Origin: Candidatus Omnitrophota bacterium
GTDB lineage: Bacteria; Omnitrophota; Gorgyraeia; Gygaellales; Profunditerraquicolaceae
Assembly (NCBI GenBank): GCA_003598025.1
Contig: QZKH01000006.1
Coordinates: forward strand, 44,035-108,034
Length of the DNA: 64,000 bases
Direction: 5' to 3'
A program made the translations under genes and the position numbers. The notes under the pieces are model-generated. The model had not been told where the DNA came from, did not search any database, and saw only the letters and a list, made by a program, of their open reading frames with translations. Below, piece after piece: positions 41,317 through 51,627 of the stretch (position 1 is its first letter; each line of letters starts with the position of its first letter).

Positions 41317-42309
41317 GTGATAAAGATATATTACGACAAAGACGCTGATTTAGGCATTTTAAAGGATAAGACTGTCGCAATAATCGGTTACGGTATACAG
41401 GGCAGGGGACAAGCTCTTTGCCTCCGTGATTCAGGATGTAATGTAATAGTTTCGGAATTACCAGGCACGGTTAATTATGAGCAGGCTTTAAACGACGGTT
41501 TTAAGCCCGTGCCGGTTGAAGAAGCGGCAAAACAAGCTGATATTATTCAGATCCTTACACAGGATCATGTTCAGGCTAAAGTCTACAATGAAAAAATAAA
41601 GCCCAACCTTAAAAAAGGTAAAGCATTATGTTTTTCTCACGGTTTTAATATCCATTTTAAGCAGATAAAACCGCCAAAGACAGTTGACGTATTCATGATC
41701 GCTCCTAAAGGCCCGGGCGCATTGGTAAGAAGAATGTTTGAAGAGGGCAAAGGTGTGCCTTCTCTGGTAGCTATATTTCAGGATGCAACAGGAAATGCCC
41801 TAAAAATAGCTCTGGCTTACGCAAAAGGACTGGGCGCGACCAGGGCAGGGGTAATCGAAACTACGTTTAAAGAAGAGACGGAGACTGATCTTTTTGGGGA
41901 GCAGGCGGTTCTTTGCGGCGGGGTAACAGAATTGATCAGGGCTGGTTTTGATACTTTGGTTGAAGCAGGTTATCAGCCTGAAATCGCCTATTTTGAAGTG
42001 CTCCACGAATTAAAACTTATCACTGATTTGATACAGGAGCGTGGTATAAGCGGTATGCGCAGGGGCGTTTCTAATACTGCCTGTTACGGAGACCTGACAA
42101 GAGGTAAAAGGATAATCACAGAGAAAACAAGAAAAGAGATGAAAAAGATCCTAAAAGAGATACAGAAAGGCAAGTTTGCCAAAGAGTGGATAAAAGAGAA
42201 TGAAGAAGGCAGGCCCAATTTCAACAAGCTGATTGCCGAGGGCGATAATCATCAGATTGAAAAGGTTGGTAAGCAGTTAAGAGAGATGATGCCTTGGATG
42301 AAGAAGTAA
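41317..42309 (+). CDS. ilvC: Ketol-acid reductoisomerase.
   Basis: [21 protein letters not shown] Rossmann motif and [14 protein letters not shown] start with AAAGGAGGGAG RBS. Confidence 0.9.
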   Translation: MIKIYYDKDADLGILKDKTVAIIGYGIQGRGQALCLRDSGCNVIVSELPGTVNYEQALNDGFKPVPVEEAAKQADIIQILTQDHVQAKVYNEKIKPNLKKGKALCFSHGFNIHFKQIKPPKTVDVFMIAPKGPGALVRRMFEEGKGVPSLVAIFQDATGNALKIALAYAKGLGATRAGVIETTFKEETETDLFGEQAVLCGGVTELIRAGFDTLVEAGYQPEIAYFEVLHELKLITDLIQERGISGMRRGVSNTACYGDLTRGKRIITEKTRKEMKKILKEIQKGKFAKEWIKENEEGRPNFNKLIAEGDNHQIEKVGKQLREMMPWMKK

Positions 42310-42869
42310 GTCACAGGATAATGGTAAGAAGAAAATTAATAGTGCTGGTTTTGATTATTAATGTGTTGGTTTTTACGCGCGCCTATGGGCAGGATATTAG
42401 TTTTGGCGCCGAGGCTACAAAACCGGAAACCGAAAGTAATTTTTTCAAAATAAGCGAGATAAAAAGAGGTAACTTTGGCCCGGGGCAGTATTCGACCGAG
42501 GGTTTTGTTGTCAGAGTTTATACTTGCCCAGACTGTCCTGCCGGTGCTGTTTGTAAGCCGTGCATGAAGGATAATATTGTGATCTCTGAGAATAACCAGG
42601 AGCTTAAGGATTATTCCGGCTTGACTAACAGCGAGTTGATAATCTTCACTAATCATGTGACTGAATTCGAGATTGGCAGCAGTTATAAATTTTTAATAAA
42701 TATAACCAATAATAAATCTACATTAGAAAACATCAACGATATTGAGTTGGTAAGTTTTAGCGAGATAGTTGATAGAAAAGTGGGTCACAAAGACACAAGG
42801 ACACAAAGTCACAAGAACGCTATACTCAATACGCACTACGCTATACGCAATACGTTCAGTGAACAATGA
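42294..42869 (+). CDS. Hypothetical secreted/lipo-protein. The C-terminal approx 30 aa and the stop are encoded by a repeat element.
   Basis: Signal-peptide-like [20 protein letters not shown] near the N-terminus (true start possibly 42321). Tail ..[29 protein letters not shown] is a read-through of the CACAAGGACA / CGCTATACGCAATACG repeat. Confidence 0.4.
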   Translation: MDEEVSHRIMVRRKLIVLVLIINVLVFTRAYGQDISFGAEATKPETESNFFKISEIKRGNFGPGQYSTEGFVVRVYTCPDCPAGAVCKPCMKDNIVISENNQELKDYSGLTNSELIIFTNHVTEFEIGSSYKFLINITNNKSTLENINDIELVSFSEIVDRKVGHKDTRTQSHKNAILNTHYAIRNTFSEQ

Positions 42870-42880
42870 ACCAAGCTGAT
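42778..42880. repeat. Family-2 + family-1 terminal element, copy G, overlapping the 3' end of ORF 42294-42869 and the leuA start region.
   Basis: gtcacaaagacacaaggacacaaagtcacaagaacgctatactcaatacgcactacgctatacgcaatacgttcagtgaacaatgaacc. Confidence 0.8.
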
Positions 42881-44386
42881 ATGGATAAAATATTAATTTT
42901 CGATACAACTTTAAGAGATGGGGAGCAGGCCCCAGGCGCATCTTTGAATGAAAAAGAAAAAATCGAGATCGCCAAGGCTTTAGCTGACTTAGGCGTGGAT
43001 ATAATCGAGGCTGGATTCCCGATCTCTTCTAAGGGTGACTTTGAGGCAGTGCGAATGGTATCCAAATCCGTCAAGGGTCCGGTTATATGTGCTTTAGCAA
43101 GGGCAATAAATAAGGATATTGATGCTGCATATCAGGCAATAAGGCCGGCTAGAAACCCGAGGATCCATGTATTCCTTGCTACTTCAAAGATCCATATGAA
43201 ATATAAGCTAAAGAAAGCTGAGGACGAGATACTACGTTTAGCTGTTAATGCTGTTAAATATGCCAGGAATTTTGTCTCCGATGTAGAATTTTCTCCTGAA
43301 GATGCTTCGCGCAGCGATAGGGAGTTTCTCTTTAAGGTGGTAGAGTCTGTTATTGCTGCTGGAGCCAAAACCGTAAATATACCAGATACTGTCGGCTATT
43401 CAGAGCCGCAGGAATTTGGCAGTCTTATAGCTGCTATCAAGGGGAATGTTCCGAATATAAATAAAGCTGTGATTTCCGTGCATTGCCATAATGACCTGGG
43501 TTTGGGCGTTGCCAATTCGCTTGAGGCGGTAAAAAACGGCGCCAGGCAGATAGAGTGTACAGTAAATGGTATTGGCGAGCGCGCCGGGAACGCCTCTATG
43601 GAAGAGGTAGTAATGGCATTGAATACCAGAAAAGATGTTTTTGGCGGCCTTGATACAAATATCAAGAAGAGCAAGATCTATAAAACTTCCCGTTTAGTAA
43701 GCAAACTGACGGGTTTTGTTATTGCCCCAAATAAAGCAATTGTCGGAGCAAACGCCTTCAGGCACGAATCCGGCATTCATCAGGACGGTGTTTTAAAAGA
43801 ACGCTCTACTTACGAGATAATAAGGCCGCAGGATGTAGGTTTTAGCGGGGTAGGTTTGGTGTTAGGAAAACATTCCGGCAGACACGCTTTCAGCGAGCGT
43901 CTTAATTCTTTGGGCTTTCATTTGTCAGGCCAGCAGCTTGAAAAAGCATTCAACCGTTTTAAGCAGATCGCTGATAAGAAGAAGAATATCTTTGACGATG
44001 ATCTCATGGCCATAGTTGAGGATGAGATCAGTGTAAGCAGGCCTACTTGGACCCTTGAAGGATTTGAAGTTAATTCAGGGACAAACATAAATCCAAAGGC
44101 AGCAGTCAGGCTGAAGAAAAAAGGAAAGATATATTCCGGAATTTCAAACGGCGATGGGCCGGTTGACGCATGTTTTAAGGCTATTGATAAAATATCTAAG
44201 ATAAAAATAAGGCTTTCCGACTACAGGCTTGAAGCCGTCACCTCGGGTAAAGACGCTTTGGGAGAAGTTACCTTAAAAATGGTCGCCAGAGGAAGGACCG
44301 CATCCGGCAGGGGTTCCAGCACTGACATTATCGAGGCTTCTGTAAGGGCCTATATAGATGCCCTTAATAAAATAGAGTCGAGATGA
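42881..44386 (+). CDS. leuA: 2-isopropylmalate synthase.
   Basis: MDKILIFDTTLRDGEQAPG is canonical. HCHNDLGLGVANSLEA motif. The ATG at 42881 is preferred over the in-frame ATG at 42866, which lies inside the repeat. Confidence 0.85.
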   Translation: MDKILIFDTTLRDGEQAPGASLNEKEKIEIAKALADLGVDIIEAGFPISSKGDFEAVRMVSKSVKGPVICALARAINKDIDAAYQAIRPARNPRIHVFLATSKIHMKYKLKKAEDEILRLAVNAVKYARNFVSDVEFSPEDASRSDREFLFKVVESVIAAGAKTVNIPDTVGYSEPQEFGSLIAAIKGNVPNINKAVISVHCHNDLGLGVANSLEAVKNGARQIECTVNGIGERAGNASMEEVVMALNTRKDVFGGLDTNIKKSKIYKTSRLVSKLTGFVIAPNKAIVGANAFRHESGIHQDGVLKERSTYEIIRPQDVGFSGVGLVLGKHSGRHAFSERLNSLGFHLSGQQLEKAFNRFKQIADKKKNIFDDDLMAIVEDEISVSRPTWTLEGFEVNSGTNINPKAAVRLKKKGKIYSGISNGDGPVDACFKAIDKISKIKIRLSDYRLEAVTSGKDALGEVTLKMVARGRTASGRGSSTDIIEASVRAYIDALNKIESR

Positions 44387-45315
44387 TCCCGCCTAAAATA
44401 TACGGATTAATAGGTTATCCGGTTAAACATAGTCTTTCGCCGGCAATGCATAACGCCGCATTCAGGCATCTGAAGATTAATGCTGAATATAGGCTTTTTG
44501 AAGTCAGGCCCGAAGAACTCAATGATTTTCTCCTCGGTAATATGGCTGTTAAAGATACCCAAGGAAATGAAGTCCACTCAGGAGATGTCATTGGTTTCAA
44601 TGTGACTATTCCCCATAAAATCAGAGCTAAAGAGATACTTGAAAGTAAAGTTAGAAATAAAGATGTTCCATCCCCCTTGGTTCTTGAAGAAGAACATTAC
44701 GTCAAAGTATCAGGAGCGATAAATACCGTAAAAAGGAATGTATTAGGTATTCAGTATTTTAATACTGATGCTTCCGGATTCATTGAATCCTTGCGTGATG
44801 ATCTGGAATTTGATGTAAAGGACAAAAATACAGTTGTTATCGGATGTGGCGGAGCCGGAAGGGCGGTAGTAGCTTCTTTATCTTGGAAAAATATAAATGC
44901 TAACAAGATATATATTTATGATATCAATAGTAGCGCAGTGGAAGAAACAAAAATTCAATTCTCCAAGATAGAATATATAGGAGATAAAATTGAGTTTATT
45001 GACAAAAAGTCGTTAATGGGGGCAATAAAGAATTCACAACTTTTGGTTAATGCTTCATCTTGCGGCATGAAAGACGAAGATGGCTCTATCGTTGAAAGAG
45101 GTTTGCTGCATAATAATTTATCTGTTTACGATGTTGTATATAACAGAGAAACGCAACTGATTAAGGATGCGCATGCCTTGGGTCTTAAAGCAGTAAATGG
45201 TGCTGGGATGCTTTTATGTCAAGGCGCCAGAGCGTTTGAATTATGGTTTAATCGTCGTGCCCCAAAAGACGTGATGAAGCAGGCTTTAGAAAAGGAGTTG
45301 GCAAAATGGAAATAA
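44383..45315 (+). CDS. aroE: Shikimate dehydrogenase.
   Basis: IYGLIGYPVKHSLSPAMHNAAFRHLKINAEY. NAD(P) site VIGCGGAGRAV. Contains a approx 40-aa insertion relative to the typical AroE N-domain. Confidence 0.75.
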   Translation: MIPPKIYGLIGYPVKHSLSPAMHNAAFRHLKINAEYRLFEVRPEELNDFLLGNMAVKDTQGNEVHSGDVIGFNVTIPHKIRAKEILESKVRNKDVPSPLVLEEEHYVKVSGAINTVKRNVLGIQYFNTDASGFIESLRDDLEFDVKDKNTVVIGCGGAGRAVVASLSWKNINANKIYIYDINSSAVEETKIQFSKIEYIGDKIEFIDKKSLMGAIKNSQLLVNASSCGMKDEDGSIVERGLLHNNLSVYDVVYNRETQLIKDAHALGLKAVNGAGMLLCQGARAFELWFNRRAPKDVMKQALEKELAKWK

Positions 45316-46121
45316 TTACGGTGATAATCCTATTTATTATGGGTTCAATTGTCGGCAGTTTCCTTAATGTGTGCATTCATCGCATGCCGTTAAATGAGTC
45401 TGTCGTCTGGCCGCGTTCACATTGCCCTAATTGTAAGAAAAAAATACAGGGTTATGACAATATTCCTTTTATAAGCTATATTCTTTTGGGAGGGAAGTGC
45501 CGTTTTTGCAAAAAACCGATCTCTTTAAGGTATGTCATAGTTGAACTGGTAACTGCTTTAATGTTTGTGGTTTTATTTGCAAAATACGGATTATCTTATG
45601 AATTCTTCGTATATATAGTGTTCGTAAGCGGGTTGATCGTAGCCACTTTTATAGATATCAAACACAGGATTATACCTGATGAGGTATCTGTCGGCGGCCT
45701 GATTGTCGGGCTGGTATTATTTGCCGTAAGGGGTATCGAGATAAAACCGTTGAGCTATAATTACCAGTATGCCTTGGATTCATTCCTGGGCATCTTAATC
45801 GGCGGAGGCACTATTTATCTTACAGGCGCGCTTTTTGATTTAGTATATTTTAAACTGCTCAAAAGGCCGCCGATACAGGGTGAGACAGAATCGATGGGCG
45901 GGGGCGATATCAAGTTATTAGCCATGATAGGCGCATTTGTAGGATGGAAGGCTGCATTGGTTACTTTTCTCATCGCGCCGTTTCTAGGTCTTACGGTGGG
46001 ATTGGTGAATCTGGTATCGCGTAAAGACCACACCATACCTTATGGGCCATTTTTGTCGTTGGCAGCGATTATTGCCCTTTTCTGGCAAGATAAAATAATA
46101 TCTTTTGTAATACCGCGTTAA
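45306..46121 (+). CDS. pilD: Type IV prepilin leader peptidase (A24 family).
   Basis: N-terminal zinc-binding Cys pairs (CPNCKKKI...CRFCKK) and multiple TM helices. GGGDIKLLA catalytic Asp region. Confidence 0.8.
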   Translation: MEIITVIILFIMGSIVGSFLNVCIHRMPLNESVVWPRSHCPNCKKKIQGYDNIPFISYILLGGKCRFCKKPISLRYVIVELVTALMFVVLFAKYGLSYEFFVYIVFVSGLIVATFIDIKHRIIPDEVSVGGLIVGLVLFAVRGIEIKPLSYNYQYALDSFLGILIGGGTIYLTGALFDLVYFKLLKRPPIQGETESMGGGDIKLLAMIGAFVGWKAALVTFLIAPFLGLTVGLVNLVSRKDHTIPYGPFLSLAAIIALFWQDKIISFVIPR

Positions 46122-46128
46122 TTCTTAT

Positions 46129-47958
46129 ATGCCTGTAGATGAATTTAGGGAATACCTTCTTAACACTCCTTCCGGGAATAAATGGAGGCGTATCGGCATC
46201 AGCAAGAAGTCCGGGGTTGTCGTGCCTTTGTTTTCTGTATATTCCCGCAATAGTATCGGTATCGCAGATACCGGTGATATCAAATTATTAATTGATTGGT
46301 GTTCGTCTACGGGTAACTCTATCCTGCAATTCCTTCCGTTAAATGAAGTGGGCTCTACTTTTTGCCCATATGATTCCACAAGTTCATTTGCCCTTGAGCC
46401 GGCATACATAAATTTAAATGATATACCTGATGTAGGAGAGAAGCAGCTGGGCGAAATTCGCGCCGTATTAAGGAAAATTTTTCCTCAGATCGGCCCGCAC
46501 ATTGATTACAGGATTAAAGAGGAAAAACTCAAAGCCTTAAAAAGCATATTTAACTCGGTAAATAATATAGGTGCGCAAGACAGCCTGGCTGCCTATATCA
46601 GAGATAATTCTTATTGGCTTGACGATTTCTGCCTTTATAAGCTGTTGAAAAATTTGCATAATGGCAGGCCCTGGTATGAGTGGGAGCCTGATTTCAGGGA
46701 TAGGATAGAGATACGTTTGGTTGAACTTAAGGAAAAATATAAGAAAGAAATTTTGTTCGAGGCCTGGCTTCAGTGGCTTATGGCAATGCAACTTAAGAAT
46801 GCAAAAAACTATGCGGTCAAAAACAATATTTTTATCAAGGGTGATTTGCCGATTTTAGTTTCAAGGGATAGTGCCGACGTATGGGCCCATCCGGAATTCT
46901 TTAAGCTTGATTTTGCTTCCGGGGCTCCGCCGGATATGTATTGCGCAAAAGGGCAGCGTTGGGGCATGCCCACATATAACTGGGATAAAATAAGAGAGAA
47001 TAATTTTGAGTATATAAAAGAGAAGCTCAAATACGCCGAAGGGTTTTATGATATTCTTCGGATCGACCATGTAGTCGGAGTATTCCGCATATGGAGTATT
47101 CCCTACGGCGAACCCTTAGAAAATCAGGGCCTGCATGGTTTTTTTGACCCTGCAGATGATAAGCTGTGGGCAGGGCAAGGCAGAGAAATATTAAAGGTCA
47201 TGCAGGAGAGTACTGATATGCTTTTATGCGCCGAAGATCTCGGCACTATACCTGCCGTTTGCCCGGAGACCATGAAGGAGCTAGGCATACCGGGTAATGA
47301 TGTTCAGCGGTGGGTTAAGGATTGGCAGAAGAGGCATGATTTTCTTTTGCCTGATGAATTCAGGCAGCTCTCTGTAGCTATGTTATCTACGCACGATACA
47401 ACAAATTGGCCCGGTTGGTGGCAGGATGAAGCAGGCACCGTAGATGAGGCGTTATTTATAAGAAAATGCCAGAGCCGTTCGATAGCCTATGAGCAAATTA
47501 AGGACAGGCTTTTTAATCATGATTTATCCCGTCATGGAAGGCTGCGTTGGCGCAGGGATATAGATTCCGCCGATAAACTTTTAAATGTACTGGGAAAGCC
47601 TAAAGAGGAGCTTGCAGATTTTATTGAAATGTACGAAAATAGCTTTATGGAAAAAGAGAAATTATGGGCGATCCTGAAATTCAAAGGCCCGGTCAGGGAA
47701 AAGGCGGATAGCGCACTGATTAAAGCTGTCTTTAAATTCATTCTTGATTCAGAAGCCATATTTTGCATAAACATAATCTTTGATTATCTTGCCTTTGCCG
47801 GGCTTATGAATAATGACCCAGGCCAATACCGTATTAATTATCCAGGGAGCGTTAACCGGGATAATTGGTCGGTCACCCTTCCCTTAGCTCTCGAAGATTT
47901 GTTAAAACATAAATCTTGCGCCGAATTAAAAAGAATGACCCGTAAAAGTGCAAGGTAA
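46129..47958 (+). CDS. malQ: 4-alpha-glucanotransferase (amylomaltase, GH77), long form.
   Basis: RIDHVVGVFRIWSIP, AEDLGTIP and LSTHDT GH77 catalytic motifs. Confidence 0.85.
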   Translation: MPVDEFREYLLNTPSGNKWRRIGISKKSGVVVPLFSVYSRNSIGIADTGDIKLLIDWCSSTGNSILQFLPLNEVGSTFCPYDSTSSFALEPAYINLNDIPDVGEKQLGEIRAVLRKIFPQIGPHIDYRIKEEKLKALKSIFNSVNNIGAQDSLAAYIRDNSYWLDDFCLYKLLKNLHNGRPWYEWEPDFRDRIEIRLVELKEKYKKEILFEAWLQWLMAMQLKNAKNYAVKNNIFIKGDLPILVSRDSADVWAHPEFFKLDFASGAPPDMYCAKGQRWGMPTYNWDKIRENNFEYIKEKLKYAEGFYDILRIDHVVGVFRIWSIPYGEPLENQGLHGFFDPADDKLWAGQGREILKVMQESTDMLLCAEDLGTIPAVCPETMKELGIPGNDVQRWVKDWQKRHDFLLPDEFRQLSVAMLSTHDTTNWPGWWQDEAGTVDEALFIRKCQSRSIAYEQIKDRLFNHDLSRHGRLRWRRDIDSADKLLNVLGKPKEELADFIEMYENSFMEKEKLWAILKFKGPVREKADSALIKAVFKFILDSEAIFCINIIFDYLAFAGLMNNDPGQYRINYPGSVNRDNWSVTLPLALEDLLKHKSCAELKRMTRKSAR

Positions 47959-47976
47959 ACCTGCTTACAAAATCAG

Positions 47977-48696
47977 ATGCCGATATTAAACGGCTCCGCC
48001 TATTATATATCCAAAGAGATTGGTAAGGCCATAGGGGATTACGGGCTCATCTCCGATGGGGATAAAATCGCCGTTGCCGTTTCAGGAGGCAAAGACAGTA
48101 TTACATTGCTTAATTTATTGAATGAGCGCAGGAAATTCGCCCCGGTTAACTATGAAATCATGGCAATTCACGTGGATTTAGGCTATCCCCGTTCCGTCTC
48201 GAATAAACTAAAGAAATATTTTAATAAGATAGGCGTCAATTACCATATAGAAAAGAACGATGTACTGAAGAAAACCGGGCGTTCGGATATCTCTTGTTTC
48301 TGGTGTTCCTGGAACAGGAGAAAGTCATTGTTTGAATCGGCAGCCAGGCTTGGGTTTTCAAAAGTGGCCCTGGGACATCATATGGATGACATAATTGAAA
48401 CGATTTTGATGAACATGTTTTTTCAGGGCGAGATATCAGCTATGCTCCCAAAGCAGGAATTATTCGGAGGCAAGATAACGTTAATACGCCCGCTTGCTTA
48501 TGTGCAGGAATGCATGATCAAAAAATATACAAAAGAATTTTCTGTTGAATATGATAAATGCATTTGCCCGAATTCTGCAATTTCCAACCGCAGGCGTATG
48601 CGTAGGATAATAAGCCAGCTTAAAAAGGCTTGCCCGGATATAAAAAAGAACATATTCAGGAGCGTAAGGAGAGTCAAGGCGGATTATTTGCTTTAA
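47977..48696 (+). CDS. ttcA: PP-loop ATPase of the TtcA family (tRNA 2-thiolation).
   Basis: IAVAVSGGKDSITLL (SGGxDS PP-loop). CFWCSWNRRKSL...ALGHHMDDIIETILMNMFFQG matches the TtcA CxxC / GHH.DD block. Confidence 0.75.
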   Translation: MPILNGSAYYISKEIGKAIGDYGLISDGDKIAVAVSGGKDSITLLNLLNERRKFAPVNYEIMAIHVDLGYPRSVSNKLKKYFNKIGVNYHIEKNDVLKKTGRSDISCFWCSWNRRKSLFESAARLGFSKVALGHHMDDIIETILMNMFFQGEISAMLPKQELFGGKITLIRPLAYVQECMIKKYTKEFSVEYDKCICPNSAISNRRRMRRIISQLKKACPDIKKNIFRSVRRVKADYLL

Positions 48697-48726
48697 ACGG
48701 GTAGAGCAGAGTGGTATAATTTTATT

Positions 48727-48872
48727 GGTTCACAGTGCACAGTTCATGGTTCATAGAAATAGATAAAGTAGGTAGCCACAAGGACACACGACACAGGCTC
48801 ATAAGAACACCATACTCAATACGCACCACGCTATACGCAATACGTTCAGTGAACTGTGAACATTGAACTAGC
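48727..48872. repeat. Family-1 arm + family-2 + family-1 terminal element, copy H, upstream of rmuC.
   Basis: ggttcacagtgcacagttcatggttcatagaaatag...gccacaaggacacacgacacaggctcataagaacaccatactcaatacgcaccacgctatacgcaatacgttcagtgaactgtgaacattgaac. Confidence 0.8.
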
Positions 48873-48891
48873 AAATATTTGGAGAGATAAT

Positions 48892-49815
48892 ATGGTTTGG
48901 CTGTTAACAGGTTTATTTTTAGTATTGGCATCCATAATAATAGCGATAATGCTTAAGATTTCATCGCAGGTAAACGAAAGCCTCAAGACTATCAATAACT
49001 CGCTGTTTGAGGCAAACAAGGTGATCGGGCAGAATTTAGGCAGCACTGCTTCTATATTCGGAAATGTCCAGGAATCCTTAGGCCAGTTAAAAGAGAGCAA
49101 TGAGAGGATATATGAAATAAGCAAGGATATCTCAAGCCTGCAGGAATTGCTCCGGGCACCAAAGTTCAGGGGGCAAATCGGGGAGGCAATGCTTGAGAAC
49201 CTGCTTTCTCAAGTCTTGCCCAAGGCTGCGTTTCAAGTGCAGTATAGGTTTAAGTCTCAGGAAGCAGTTGATGCTGTCATCAACCTGGGGGGAAAGCTTG
49301 TCCCTATTGATGCCAAGTTCAGCCTTGAGAATTTCCAGAGGTATATTGAGGCAGAAGAAGAGCAGTTGAAAAACAGCCTTAATAAGAAATTTATCCAGGA
49401 CGTAAAAAACAGAATAGATGAAATAGCATCGAAGTATATCTTACCTCATGAAAATACATATGATTTTGCATTTATGTATATCCCTGCAGAGAACGTTTAT
49501 TATGAGATAATAATAAAGGAAGATTTATTTTCGTATTGCATTTCTAAGAAAGTTATACCCGTATCTCCGAATACTTTTTATGCCTACCTGCAGATAATTT
49601 GTTCCGGTTTAAGGGGTTTTATGATCGAGGATAATGCCAAGGCTATCCTGAAGAATCTAAGCTCAATAAGCGTTGAATTGGATAAATTCAAAGAAGATTT
49701 CGAATTATTGGGAAAACATCTTTTTAACGCTAATAGTAAATATTCGGATTCGCAGAATAAGCTGGCGAGGTTCTCCGATAGGATAGCGAATATCCAAACC
49801 AAAGACTCTAAATAG
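48892..49815 (+). CDS. rmuC: DNA recombination protein RmuC family.
   Basis: N-terminal TM helix, coiled-coil region and RmuC core (RAPKFRGQIGEAMLENLL...PIDAKF...PNTFYAYLQII). ATG at 48892 with GGAGAG RBS preferred over the GTG at 48856 inside the repeat. Confidence 0.7.
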   Translation: MVWLLTGLFLVLASIIIAIMLKISSQVNESLKTINNSLFEANKVIGQNLGSTASIFGNVQESLGQLKESNERIYEISKDISSLQELLRAPKFRGQIGEAMLENLLSQVLPKAAFQVQYRFKSQEAVDAVINLGGKLVPIDAKFSLENFQRYIEAEEEQLKNSLNKKFIQDVKNRIDEIASKYILPHENTYDFAFMYIPAENVYYEIIIKEDLFSYCISKKVIPVSPNTFYAYLQIICSGLRGFMIEDNAKAILKNLSSISVELDKFKEDFELLGKHLFNANSKYSDSQNKLARFSDRIANIQTKDSK

Positions 49816-49845
49816 CCTTATCAAATATTCCGATAGGTCCCGAGA

Positions 49846-50064
49846 ATGATTTTATCTGTCCGAGTCATGCCAAAATCAAGCCGTAATTTTGTCAAAGATG
49901 AAGAGGGTTGCCTTAAGGTATATGTTAGTAAGCCCGCCCAGGACGGCTTAGCCAATGAGCAGTTAATCGAAGTACTGGCTAAGCATCTGGGAGTAAAGAA
50001 GTACCAGATTAAAATAATCAAGGGCCACAGAGCCAGAAATAAAATTATTGAAGTAAATGCCTGA
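49846..50064 (+). CDS. DUF167 / YggU family protein.
   Basis: 72 aa. The VKVYVSKPAQDGLANEQLIEVLAKHLGV...IKIIKGHRARNKIIEV pattern is the YggU (UPF0235) signature. Confidence 0.65.
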   Translation: MILSVRVMPKSSRNFVKDEEGCLKVYVSKPAQDGLANEQLIEVLAKHLGVKKYQIKIIKGHRARNKIIEVNA

Positions 50065-50773
50065 AATACATTTACACCCAAAAGTTACCTGCGCCATAAG
50101 TAATAGAGATTCTGGAAACATGTCTTTAGTGTATGGAGATACTGGACAGGCTATTAATAACCGCAGGGGATTCCTTAAGGGTATCGGTATAGATTACCTA
50201 GATATAGTTTGTGCAAAGCAGGTCCATTCAAATAATGTGGTTTATGTCAAAGAAGGCGATAAGGGCAAGGGGGCAAGCTATTATGATGATTCCATCGATG
50301 CTGCAGATGCGCTTATAACAGATTGCAGGAATTTGCCTTTGGCGGTATTCAGCGCGGATTGCTTGAGTATATTTATTTATGATAAGAATTCCCTTTCAAT
50401 CGCTTTAGTGCATGCAGGCAGAAGCGGTACCCTTGCCGGTATAATATCCAGGACTATAGGCTTAATGCAGAAAATATTTTTTTCTGTTCCGGGTGATTTA
50501 ATTGTTGCTTTTGGCCCATGTATCCGTTCCTGCTGTTATAAGGTTAAGAGTGAGGTAGCGGGATTGTATTCTTCCGGCGTGATTAAGATCAACGGCCATT
50601 TTTATCTGGATATAGCCGCATTGAACAAATCGGAGTTGCTAGGTCTTGGAGTTAAGGAGCAGAATATAAACGATTCCGGGATTTGTACTTCTTGTAATAA
50701 TAAACACTATTACTCTTATTATAAAGAGGGTAAGTCATCAGGCAGGATCATGTCAGTTATGATGCTTAAGTAA
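50057..50773 (+). CDS. pgeF: YfiH/PgeF family (DUF152, laccase-domain) purine-nucleoside / peptidoglycan-editing enzyme.
   Basis: CAKQVHSNNVVYV..., HAGRSGT and CTSCNNKHYYSYY motifs typical of the family. Confidence 0.75.
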   Translation: MPEIHLHPKVTCAISNRDSGNMSLVYGDTGQAINNRRGFLKGIGIDYLDIVCAKQVHSNNVVYVKEGDKGKGASYYDDSIDAADALITDCRNLPLAVFSADCLSIFIYDKNSLSIALVHAGRSGTLAGIISRTIGLMQKIFFSVPGDLIVAFGPCIRSCCYKVKSEVAGLYSSGVIKINGHFYLDIAALNKSELLGLGVKEQNINDSGICTSCNNKHYYSYYKEGKSSGRIMSVMMLK

Positions 50774-50837
50774 ATATTTTTCTCTAAAGCAATACTAGTA
50801 AAACTTATTGTTATCGGACTAAAAAGGGAGGGATTAC

Positions 50838-51314
50838 ATGCTTAAAGCTCTTGTGACTTATTATTCGCGTAGCGGAAACACCAAGAAAATGGCTGATATT
50901 ATCGGTACAGGCATAAATAAAGACGGTATCGCCTGTGAGGTCAAAGAAGTAAGTGAGGTTAAGGCTGAGGCGCTTGTTGAATACGGGCTAATTATAATCG
51001 GTTCGCCTACATATTACGGAAGCATGGCTGCTGAAGTGAAAAAACTTCTGGATGATTCCGTAAAATTGCATGGTAAACTTGATGGCAAGATAGGTGCGGC
51101 ATTTTCATCAAGCGCAAATATAGCCGGAGGCAATGAAACCACTATCCTAGATATCTTGAATGCCATGCTCATTCATGGTATGATAATTCAAGGCGATCCC
51201 CGCGGAGATCACTATGGCCCGGTGGCAATAGGAGCTCCTGATGAGCGCGTAATCAAGGAATGCCAGAGGTTTGCGGCCAGATTAGCCAGGCTTGCCAGAA
51301 GACTGCAGGAATGA
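50838..51314 (+). CDS. Flavodoxin-like fold protein.
   Basis: KALVTYYSRSGNTKKMAD...IIIGSPTYYGSMAAEVKKLLD is a flavodoxin/WrbA-type FMN-binding N-terminus. RBS AAAGGGAGGGA. Confidence 0.6.
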   Translation: MLKALVTYYSRSGNTKKMADIIGTGINKDGIACEVKEVSEVKAEALVEYGLIIIGSPTYYGSMAAEVKKLLDDSVKLHGKLDGKIGAAFSSSANIAGGNETTILDILNAMLIHGMIIQGDPRGDHYGPVAIGAPDERVIKECQRFAARLARLARRLQE

Positions 51315-51315
51315 T

Positions 51316-51627
51316 ATGCATATAGTAATATTAATTACGGTTCCCAAGAAGAATGAGGCTCTACGTATCGCAAAGAAGCTTATAGAAGCAAAATTAGCAG
51401 CTTGCGTAAATATTATCCCTAAGGTCAATTCGGTTTTTTGGTGGGGATCTAAAGCTGATAATGCATCGGAGTTATTATTGATAGTAAAGTCAAAGAAATC
51501 ATATTTTACTAAACTTGTTAATACCGTAAAGCTTTTACATAGTTATAAGGTGCCGGAGATAATTGCGTTGCCGATAGTCTCCGGAAATAAAGCGTATCTG
51601 GATTGGATTGATGAATCTCTCGGGTAA
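51316..51627 (+). CDS. cutA: Divalent-cation tolerance protein CutA.
   Basis: HIVILITVPKKNEALRIAKKLIEAKLAACVNIIP...VFWWGSK matches CutA1. ATG at 51316. Confidence 0.75.
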   Translation: MHIVILITVPKKNEALRIAKKLIEAKLAACVNIIPKVNSVFWWGSKADNASELLLIVKSKKSYFTKLVNTVKLLHSYKVPEIIALPIVSGNKAYLDWIDESLG

